Origin: an uncultured bacterium
Lineage (GTDB): Bacteria; Krumholzibacteriota; Krumholzibacteriia; Krumholzibacteriales; Krumholzibacteriaceae
Direction of reading: 5' to 3'
Assembly (NCBI GenBank): GCA_963786935.1
Contig: CAWBAN010000003.1
Coordinates: 32,001-96,000, forward strand
Length of the DNA: 64,000 nt
Of this stretch, positions 56,034 through 64,000 are shown in pieces (the stretch's first letter is position 1; every line of letters begins with the position of its first letter). The translations under genes were made by a program, and so were the position numbers. The notes beneath the pieces were generated by a model that was given only the letters and a program-made list of their open reading frames with translations, was not told where the DNA came from and made no database searches.

Positions 56034-58852
56034 CTATCGGAGCAGGACCAATTTGCGGGAACGCATTTCCTTTCCCGCCTGTAGACGGCAGAAGTAAATG
56101 CCCGAGGCAGCCGGTTTCCCGAGACTGTCCCGTCCGTTCCACATGAGCGTGTGATGGCCCGCCGGCTGATCCCGGTCGGCGAGAGTCGCGATCGTCCTCC
56201 CGGCCGCGTCATATATCTCGACCTTCACGCGGCATCTCTCGGGCAGGTAGTAGCGGATCGTCGTCGAGGGGTTGAACGGGTTCGGGACATTCTGGGAGAG
56301 CGTGAGGGGGAGCCTCGGCGTCGAGAGAATCTCCGTTTCGAAGAGCGTGCGGCTTCCGTTTGCGTCCGATATCCGCACCTGGTAACGGTACTGCGCTCCG
56401 GCTTCGACGGCATTATCGACGAAGCCGAACGAGAGACCGTCACGAGAAATCGCGGGAGTGATTGCTTCCCATATCGGATCGGCGGCGCCGCCATCGCGGG
56501 CGTCGGTGCGCGAGATTTCGAACGCGGCGCCCTCGTCGAGCTGCGAAAGCTGCCACGAAACCCTGATTCCGGTCTCGGTCGGGCCTGCCTCGAAATTCAT
56601 GAGCTCCGTCGCGACGAGCGGCCCGCGGGAGATCGAGATCTTCCGCGCGAAGATGTCCCAATTTCCCGTCCGGCTGTCGCGCCACGCGAGGAGCGCGTTG
56701 CCCGAGACATCGGGGGCGAGGAACAGATTCGTTTGATCGTCGTTGCTGACCATGGCGTGCGCGCCATAATCGTAATCATTCCAGAGAGCGTTGCCCGTCG
56801 AATCGACCTTGCTCATGAATATGTCGCTGCCCAGCTGATTCTGCGTGACCAACTCCGATCCGTTGAAGTGCCGGATCACGTGAGGCTTGCCGGATATCCA
56901 GATGTCGCTTCCGGCCGTGCCCCACACGCCGTACAGCTTGTTCGTCGAGGCCGGTTCGACGGTCGCATAGGTGCCGTCCCAGTGGGCGAGGAAGCCGCTC
57001 TCGAACACGCCGTAGACATTGGTCGTATCCGTTCCCCAGAGACTGAAGCCCATCCCGACCGATCCGAGACTGATGGTTCTCCATCCGCTCCCGTAGCGGA
57101 TGAGCAATTTGTCGGAGGCGCCCGCGAAAACGCGATTGTCCGGGCCCACCCAGACGCTGTGCAGTACCCCGGGCGTCGTCATGACGATCTTGTTCCACGT
57201 CGTTCCGTCGTAATGAAGGGTGAGGCAATAGCTGTCCTGCGTGCCGACCACGTAGATGTCGGAGCTCGAAGTGCCGTGAACGCCGTACAGGTCGCATGTC
57301 GTGCCATACGGGGATTGCACCCAAGAGGATCCGTTCCAGTGATACATCTGCTTGGCCGTGCCGACCGCCCAGACGTCGCCCGGTCCCGAGCCCCAGACGC
57401 CGTAGAGCTGCGTAACGGACTTTGTGTACGTCTCGAGGTGCCATGCAGCGCCGTTGTAGTGGATGATCGTGCAGTCCGCGCCGACTGCATATACGTTGCC
57501 ATGGCTCGTTCCCCAGACGCCGTGCAGATGTTTCGTCGTCGGTGAGCTCATCATCGTCCATTTCACGCCGTCGAAATGAACGATGAGCCCGTTATCGCCG
57601 ACGGCGAAAATGTCGCTCGCCGAGAAGCCCCATATGCCGCATATGATGCTGTTCTGCGGCTGGGGGACGACCCGTTCCCACGCGAACACGGCTCCGCCCT
57701 CTCCGTCGGGAATCGCGAGGGCGTTTCGGCACTGATTGCGGGCATCGGAGAGCCGCTTTCCGTTCATGTCCCAAACCGGCGCGCCCGCCTGATCGATGCG
57801 TTGGGCGAAGAGCGTCCCGACGCCGCCGACGGGCATGACCCAGTGGACGATCGCGCTCTTCGAAGGCCCCTCCGTGACGCGGATCTCGCTCTTCGTCCCG
57901 CCGGTCGCGCACACGGGGACTCCATCGGGCGCCCACACGGCGCCGCCCGATGCGTCGAGCCTCTGCGCATAGATGTACGTGCTCACCCGATCGTCGAACC
58001 AGGCGACAAAAGCCCCCCGGCTCCGTCGGACGCGATGCGGGGGGTCGACTGGTTCGCCGTGTACGAGATGACGGTGGCGCCGCTGTCGCCCCAGAGGCGG
58101 TTCCCGCCGATATCCATCTTCTGGGCGAAGACATCGGAGCTCGCGGTTCTCCTGCCGGCCCATGCAACGATGAGATCGCCGGATTCGTTGCGGATCGCCG
58201 AGTAACTGCTCAATACGTCGTCCTCGAGGTATACGGCGGCCGGAGCAGGACCCCAGAGCCGGTTGCCGTCCGCGTCGATCCGCTGCGCCAGGACATGATA
58301 ATCGCTCCAGTAATTGCAGCCCCACGGCTCCCAGTAGAGGGTGCCGTTCCTCCAGAGAAGGATCACGCCGCCTGCGCCGTCGGGGAACATCCGAAGATCG
58401 AGCTCGCTCCCGTTGCCGGTTTCCGTCGTGATCCGCATGCTCCACAGGATCGAGCCGGCCGCGTCGAGCCTTTCGACATACATCCGCGAGCTGGCGAGCG
58501 GGCAATCGAACGTGCCGATCCCGACGTCTCTCCGGAACGCGACGAAGACGCCCCCCGCGCCGTCAGGCTGTATGGCTTCATCCACACCCGACACCGTCGC
58601 TTCGACGCCGTTGGCCGTCCAGAGCGGCGTCCCTTCCGAACCGAATTTCTGAGCGTATATACCTCTCCTGTAGTCCTCCCAGGCGACGAAGGAGCCTCCC
58701 GTGCCGTCCGCGACGATGACCGGATCCTGCTGATACTTGGGATCAGTGCAGACGGGGATATCCTCCTGCAGCCAGCCTGCGCGGAGCGAGGGCGTCCCGA
58801 TGATGGATAGCGCGAGAATGAAAAGGAAGGGGAGTCGATACGGTCGTTTCAT
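56034..58852 (-). CDS. Secreted beta-propeller repeat protein with C-terminal FlgD-Ig-like domain; frameshift in a G run near 58015
   Basis: ORFs 57983-58852 and 56034-58505 join at GAC GGA GCC GGG GGG [G]CT TTT; DGxGG repeats, WGxSxxD repeats, QNVPNPFNPSTTI. Confidence 0.85.
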
Positions 58853-59055
58853 GGCGGCGCCTCCGCGCGCGGCACGTGGGCGGTTTCCGTTTCTGCCCGC
58901 GCGGAATTCGCCGGGTAACGGTTCGCTCGTCCGCTCGATGTGCCGAATGTTCGCTTCAATAGCAGAGGTGCCGGTATCTTCCCCTTATGATGCGCCGGAA
59001 TCCCGAGATCCGATGGAATCCGACCTTGATATTGTAGCAGATCGCCGCCGGCGCG

Positions 59056-59388
59056 TCAATCATGAACGTCCGGCTCCGGCGCGGCCGGTTCGAGCGTGAC
59101 GACCGTCGCGCCCCAGCCCCCTTCGTCCTCCATCGCCGTTTTGTACGAGACGACTCCGGGGAGCTTCGAGAGGATCGAAAGGACCGAACGCTTGAGGGCG
59201 CCGGTCCCCTTGCCGTGGATGATCCGCACCCGGAGAATCCCCTTCTCGCGGCACATGTCGAGGTAGTGGGGCACGAGATCCCTGACGTCCCCCGGCTGGA
59301 ACTGATGCAGATCGAGAATGCCGTCGATCGGGATTTCCAACGGATCGCCTTCATCGCGCGGATTCTCTTCGTCGCCGTCCATGTCCAT
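59056..59388 (-). CDS. Stand-alone Smr-domain protein
   Basis: LDLHQF, RIIHGKGTGAL, GGWGATVVTL. Confidence 0.9.
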   Translation of the reverse strand: MDMDGDEENPRDEGDPLEIPIDGILDLHQFQPGDVRDLVPHYLDMCREKGILRVRIIHGKGTGALKRSVLSILSKLPGVVSYKTAMEDEGGWGATVVTLEPAAPEPDVHD

Positions 59389-59538
59389 GCGGACAATTAT
59401 TCATCTGGACTTCGCCGATTTCTAGTGCTAATTTCCCATGAAACGATGGGGGGAAGCGCCTCCCTGCACGGATACAAGGCGGGACGCCGGTCGCAGCGGC
59501 CAGCGTCTCATTTTTCTTTCAAATGGAGGGATCGACGC

Positions 59539-60570
59539 ATGAGATCTTTAGTGGCATTCACGATATTTCTCGCGATCGCGCTCGCCTTTTCGGTGACCGG
59601 CTGCTCGAAGAAGGGGAAGGGCGGCTCGGGGGCGGACAGCGTGGCCGCCGCCAAGGCGGAGGCCGCGAAGACGGTCGTCGCGAAGATCGGCAGCAAATCG
59701 GTCACGCTGCTCGACGTTCAGCGTCAGGAAACGATGCTCACGCAGCAGCTCCAGGGCTACGCCGACTCCGCGCAGATCATCGCGATGAAGCCCACGATCC
59801 AGAAGCAGGCGTTCAACAACGCGGTGAACAGGGTCCTCCTCGAGAACGCCCTCGCGACAACCGGCGCCAAGGCCGACGAGAAGACGATCGCCGAGCGGCT
59901 CGACTATTACCGCAAGAACTTCGTTTCGGACGAGGCGTACAACGCCGATCTCGCGAAGAAGGATATGACGCCGGAAGATTTCCGGCACGAGATCGAGATC
60001 GGTATCATGGCCGAGGAGCTCTTCAACAAGCGCACGGCGACTATCCCGGCGGTGAGCGACAAGGAAGCGCGCGCGTTCTACGACGCCAACAAGGATCGTT
60101 TCATGCAGCCGGAGCGTGTGAAGGCGAGCCACATTCTCCTCACGGTGGACAAGGCCGCGTCCGATTCGCTCCGCGCGGCGAAGAAGGCCGAAGCCCAGCG
60201 CATTCTCGGCGAGCTCAAGAAGGGGGCCGATTTCGCCGATATGGCCCGGAAATACTCCGACTGCCCGAGCAAGCAGCAGGGCGGAGATCTCGGTTTCTTC
60301 CAGCGGGGACAGATGGTGCCCGAGTTCGAGAACGCGGCGTTCGCCCTCAAGCCGGGGCAGATGAGCGGCATCGTGGAGACGCAGTTCGGCTATCACATCA
60401 TCAAGACGGCCGAGTACGCCAAGCCGAGCACCGTCCCCTTCGATGAGGCGAAGCAGAATATCGTGCAGTACCTGTCGGAGCAGAAGAAGCAGCAGGCGCT
60501 CACGGCGTATTTCGACAGCCTGCGCGCGGCGTCGAACATGCAGGTCATGGACTCGAGCTTCGTGCGCTGA
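59539..60570 (+). CDS. Parvulin-type peptidyl-prolyl isomerase lipoprotein (SurA/PrsA-like)
   Basis: Lipobox VTGC, VKASHIL, SDCPSKQQGGDLGFF, MVPEFE, TQFGYHII. Confidence 0.92.
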   Translation: MRSLVAFTIFLAIALAFSVTGCSKKGKGGSGADSVAAAKAEAAKTVVAKIGSKSVTLLDVQRQETMLTQQLQGYADSAQIIAMKPTIQKQAFNNAVNRVLLENALATTGAKADEKTIAERLDYYRKNFVSDEAYNADLAKKDMTPEDFRHEIEIGIMAEELFNKRTATIPAVSDKEARAFYDANKDRFMQPERVKASHILLTVDKAASDSLRAAKKAEAQRILGELKKGADFADMARKYSDCPSKQQGGDLGFFQRGQMVPEFENAAFALKPGQMSGIVETQFGYHIIKTAEYAKPSTVPFDEAKQNIVQYLSEQKKQQALTAYFDSLRAASNMQVMDSSFVR

Positions 60571-60597
60571 TTTTCGCGGAATCCGCGACGCAATGCG

Positions 60598-60630
60598 AAG
60601 GCGCCCTCCCCGGGGGAGGGCGCCTTTTTC
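60598..60630 (+). terminator. Intrinsic terminator
   Basis: AAGGCGCCCTCCC...GGGAGGGCGCCTT followed by a T run, just after the PPIase stop. Confidence 0.8.
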
Positions 60631-60676
60631 GTCAGAGGCTGACCGCGGCCTGCGCGGGACGGCGCGAACGGATCGA

Positions 60677-61012
60677 TCAGATGCGGACCTTCCCCGGCGG
60701 GCGCCGCTCGGGCACGTAGACGCGGGGGACCGTTCCCTCGTTCCATGCGGCCGAGACGTAGAGGTTGCAGTAGCAGCTGCCGAATTCCTTCACGTCCGGT
60801 TCCCGGTAGGCGCACGGACACGTGATGTCCCGGTCCCATTCCCGGTCCCCCGAGGCGAGCCTGCAGGGGCAGGCCATATAGCCGTAGCGCTTCTTGTTGA
60901 CGAGGAGCGCCTCGAGGAGCTCCTCGGTCCGCGCGCGGTCCGCGTTGAAGTGGTAACCTTTCGGCTCCTGCAGCTTTCTCAAACGCTCGTAAAGCTCGCC
61001 GGCTTCGCTCAT
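60677..61012 (-). CDS. Ferredoxin-thioredoxin reductase catalytic subunit-like protein
   Basis: YGYMACPCR, ITCPC, GSCYCNLY, VPERR. Confidence 0.9.
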   Translation of the reverse strand: MSEAGELYERLRKLQEPKGYHFNADRARTEELLEALLVNKKRYGYMACPCRLASGDREWDRDITCPCAYREPDVKEFGSCYCNLYVSAAWNEGTVPRVYVPERRPPGKVRI

Positions 61013-61266
61013 CTCACACCCAACGCTTCCTTGATCTTGTCTTCCCTGTTCCCGACGATGACCGTGTCGCCGATCAGAATCGTCGGGAAGGAGCAGAGCG
61101 GATTGTACTTCTTGACCTCTTCGAGGACCGCCGCGCGGGCGCTCCCCTCGAGGAGGTCGACGTCGACGTAATCGTACTTGACCCCGAGGGAGCTCATGAG
61201 GGTCTTCGCGGCCCTGCAGTGGCTGCAGGTGCTCAGGGTATACATCTTCACGGGTTTGTGCTGCAC
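61009..61266 (-). CDS. Glutaredoxin/NrdH-like protein
   Basis: YTLSTCSHC, SFPTILIG; ATGA overlap with the FTR gene. Confidence 0.9.
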   Translation of the reverse strand: MQHKPVKMYTLSTCSHCRAAKTLMSSLGVKYDYVDVDLLEGSARAAVLEEVKKYNPLCSFPTILIGDTVIVGNREDKIKEALGVR

Positions 61267-61460
61267 GTCCGTCCCCTTTCCGTCTCTGCGGTGTGGTGGC
61301 CGGCGCGCCGCCGAGCCGCGCGCGCGTGGGGCTATTCTCCCACACGAGCTGCGCCTCGTCGAGTCAATTGTGAACGGCGCGAATTCGACGCGTTCGGCGC
61401 GGCGCGCCGCCGAATATTTTCCTCCATGATTCGCCGTTCCCGGGGGTATAATGCCCCGCT

Positions 61461-62969
61461 ATGGACCGATGCGCGGGCATTCTCCTCCACATCACGTCGC
61501 TCCCGTCGCGCCACTCGATCGGGGACCTCGGCTCGGGCGCGTACGCCTTCGCCGATTTCCTCGCGAGCGCGAAGCAGAGCCTCTGGCAGGTGCTGCCGCT
61601 CAATCCCACCGACGGGGCGCACGGCAACTCCCCCTACAGCAGCGTGTCGGCCTTCGCGGGGAACGTGCTCCTCGTCAGCCCCGAGCTCCTCGTCGACGAG
61701 GGGCTGCTCCGTCCCGAGGAGGCGCCGCCGCCGGCGCGCTCCGCGCTCGACCGCGTCGACTACCGCGCGGCCGCGATCGAAAAGCGGCGGATCCTCGAGA
61801 CGGCATACGAGCGGTTCCGGTCCACGGGACGGTGGCAGGACGAGTACCGGCGGTTCCGCGCCCTCAACGCCCGCTGGCTCGACGACTACGCGCTCTTCCT
61901 CGTTCTCAAGAAACAGTTCGGCGGCGTCGTCTGGAGCGAATGGCCCCGCGAGTTCCGGGACCGCGACGAGATCGCCCTCGGCGACGCCCGGAGCCTCTAC
62001 GCCGCCGACATCGAGCGCACGTGCTTCTATCAGTACCTCTTCTTTCGGCAGTGGGCGGCCCTCAAGGCGTACTGCGGCGGCAAGGGGGTGCGGATCGTCG
62101 GCGACATCCCGATCTACGTCGGCTACGACAGCGCGGACGTCTGGACCCGGCGCCGCTTCTTCAAGCTCGATGCCGACGGCAGGCCGAAGTTCGTCGCGGG
62201 CGTGCCGCCGGACTATTTCAGCGAGACGGGACAGCTCTGGGGCAATCCCGTGTACGACTGGGACGCGCTGGCGGCCGACGGGTTCGGGTGGTGGATCGAC
62301 CGGTTCGCCCACAACCTCGGCCTGTTCGACTTCGTTCGCGTGGATCATTTCCGCGGTTTCGTCGGGTACTGGGAGGTGGGCGCGGGGGAGAAGACCGCCG
62401 TCAGGGGGCGCTGGGTCAAGGCGCCCGCCGACGAGTTCTTCGGCGCGCTCCGCGCGAAATTTCCCGGCTTCCCGCTCATCGCTGAGGATCTCGGGATCAT
62501 CACGCCCGACGTGAAGGAGCTCATGGCGCGGCTCGGCATCCCCGGCATGCGCGTCCTCCTCTTCGCCTTCGGCGAGGACAATCCGGAGCATCCCTATCTC
62601 CCGGTCAACTACGTCGAGAACTGCGTCGCCTATACGGGTACCCACGACAACAACACGGCGCGCGGCTGGTTCGAGCACGAGGCGCTGCCGGAGGAGCTGG
62701 AGCGCCTCTCCCTGTATCTCGGAAAGGAGCTCGCCGCCGGCACGATCCACCTCGATCTCGTCCGGCTCGTCATGGAATCGATCGCCGGCGCCGCCGTCAT
62801 CCCGATGCAGGACGTGATCGGGCTCGGCGAGGAGGCGCGGATGAACCGCCCGGCGATTCCCCACGGGAACTGGGAGTGGCGCTGCCTTCGCGATCAGATC
62901 GGCCGGCCGGCGGCCGAAGCGCTCGCCGCGATGGTCGAGCGCTGCGGGAGGGCGCCGCGCACGCCATGA
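61461..62969 (+). CDS. malQ: 4-alpha-glucanotransferase (GH77)
   Basis: GILLHITSLP, WQVLPL, GVPPDYFSETGQLWGNP, RVDHFRG, AEDLG, YTGTHDNNT. Confidence 0.96.
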   Translation: MDRCAGILLHITSLPSRHSIGDLGSGAYAFADFLASAKQSLWQVLPLNPTDGAHGNSPYSSVSAFAGNVLLVSPELLVDEGLLRPEEAPPPARSALDRVDYRAAAIEKRRILETAYERFRSTGRWQDEYRRFRALNARWLDDYALFLVLKKQFGGVVWSEWPREFRDRDEIALGDARSLYAADIERTCFYQYLFFRQWAALKAYCGGKGVRIVGDIPIYVGYDSADVWTRRRFFKLDADGRPKFVAGVPPDYFSETGQLWGNPVYDWDALAADGFGWWIDRFAHNLGLFDFVRVDHFRGFVGYWEVGAGEKTAVRGRWVKAPADEFFGALRAKFPGFPLIAEDLGIITPDVKELMARLGIPGMRVLLFAFGEDNPEHPYLPVNYVENCVAYTGTHDNNTARGWFEHEALPEELERLSLYLGKELAAGTIHLDLVRLVMESIAGAAVIPMQDVIGLGEEARMNRPAIPHGNWEWRCLRDQIGRPAAEALAAMVERCGRAPRTP

Positions 62970-64000
62970 GCACCGACGCGATCGTTGTCGCCGTTTTCGG
63001 CTTCGTCTACGCGGGCATGATCCTCGGCCGCATCCCCGGCCTCGCCCTCGACCGGACGGGGGTAGCCCTTCTCGGGGCGATCGCGCTCGTCACCCTCGGC
63101 CGCGTCACGGTGCCGCAGCTCTCGACCGTGGTGGACGTACCGACGATCGCGCTCCTCTTCGGCCTCATGGTCGTCTCGGCGCAGTTCCGGATGAGCGGCT
63201 TCTACACGCGGCTCGTGAGGGGCATCGCCCGCGTCGACGTTTCCCCCCCGGCTCTCCTCGCGCTCCTCGTCGCCGTCGCCGGAGCCCTCTCGGCGCTGCT
63301 CGCGAACGACATCGTCTGCCTCGCCGTGGCCCCGGTCCTCGTGGAAGGCTGCGCGCGCCGGCGCCTGAACCCGAAGCCGTACCTCCTCGCGCTCGCGTGC
63401 GCCGCGAACGTCGGTTCGGCGGCGACGCTGATCGGGAATCCCCAGAACATGCTCATCGGGCAGGTGCTGCGGCTCTCGTTCGGCCGGTATCTCCTCGACG
63501 CGGGCGTGCCCGCGATACTCGGGCTCTTCATCGTCTGGGGCGTCATCTGCCTGTTCTATCGGGGGCGCTGGGAGCAGGACACCCGGATCCCGACCGTCGA
63601 GCAGACCCCCTTCGACACGTGGCAAACGGTGAAGGGAATCGCCGTCCTCGCCGCGCTCGTCGTCGCCTTCCTCGCGGCCCCCTGGCCGCGGGAGGTTCTC
63701 GCGCTCGCCGCGGCGGGCTACCTCCTCTGCTCGCGCCGCATGGAGTCGCGGGAGATCCTCGGGCTCGTCGACTGGCAGCTCCTCGTTCTCTTCATGTCGC
63801 TCTTCGTCGTCAACCACGCGCTCGCCGCCTCGGGGAGCATGGACGCGTTCACCGGCGCCCTCGCCGGGCGCGGCGTCGATCTCGCCCGGCCCCCGTGGCT
63901 CTTCGGTTCGAGCGTCGTTCTCTCGAACCTCGTCTCGAACGTCCCGGCGGTGATGCTGCTTCTGCCGTCGGCTTCGCATCCGCTCGCCGGCCCGATCCTC
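62966..64000 (+). CDS. ArsB/NhaD/SLC13-type anion transporter (3' end beyond the window)
   Basis: Read by hand: MSTDAIVVAVFGFVYAGMILGRIPGLALDRTG...SALLANDIVC...ANVGSAATLIGNPQN...SNLVSNVPA. Confidence 0.9.
   Translation, partial: MSTDAIVVAVFGFVYAGMILGRIPGLALDRTGVALLGAIALVTLGRVTVPQLSTVVDVPTIALLFGLMVVSAQFRMSGFYTRLVRGIARVDVSPPALLALLVAVAGALSALLANDIVCLAVAPVLVEGCARRRLNPKPYLLALACAANVGSAATLIGNPQNMLIGQVLRLSFGRYLLDAGVPAILGLFIVWGVICLFYRGRWEQDTRIPTVEQTPFDTWQTVKGIAVLAALVVAFLAAPWPREVLALAAAGYLLCSRRMESREILGLVDWQLLVLFMSLFVVNHALAASGSMDAFTGALAGRGVDLARPPWLFGSSVVLSNLVSNVPAVMLLLPSASHPLAGPIL

Noticed and set aside
58005..58025. Programmed frameshift or phase variation in the G run
   Set aside because: The run is short and other isolated indels occur in the window, so a homopolymer sequencing error is simpler. 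It cannot be excluded without reads.
1..64000. CRISPR arrays, tRNA/rRNA genes, transposases, prophage or defence genes
   Set aside because: None recognised by eye. The repeats found are protein-level or isolated hairpins. tRNAscan, Infernal and CRISPR finders would be needed to exclude them formally.

Overview
GC-rich, gene-dense bacterial chromosome segment with about 52 CDS. I saw no rRNA, tRNA, CRISPR array or mobile element. Secreted proteins ending in FlgD-Ig-like 'PNPFNPxTxI' domains or a 'TSWGGIKSLFE' tail suggest an FCB-group candidate lineage such as Krumholzibacteriota/Latescibacterota (inference). In order, the window holds: a heavily frameshifted pstSCAB-B-phoU operon, fbp, two tricorn proteases, a MacAB-like ABC exporter, KtrB/TrkH with KdpDE-like regulators, nfeD-SPFH, an amino-acid permease, a lipoprotein of five tandem pilin-like domains, a sulfur/redox locus, surface proteins, a trehalose operon (membrane-receptor-fused OtsA, OtsB, DUF5752, TreT), an ECF sigma/anti-sigma pair, a SurA-like PPIase, a glutaredoxin-FTR pair, malQ and an anion transporter. 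The best candidate for an undescribed system is 35443-44371. There a Moco-sulfurase-like desulfurase is transcribed divergently from tusA-arsR-mvhD(atypical)-hdrA::gltD-hdrA-wHTH-qmoC-like-dsrE, a Qmo-like complex with an NAD(P)H module and sulfur carriers but no aprAB or hdrB. The poly-pilin lipoprotein is second. Scattered single-base frameshifts point to indel errors in the assembly. All calls come from motif reading only; no searches were run.
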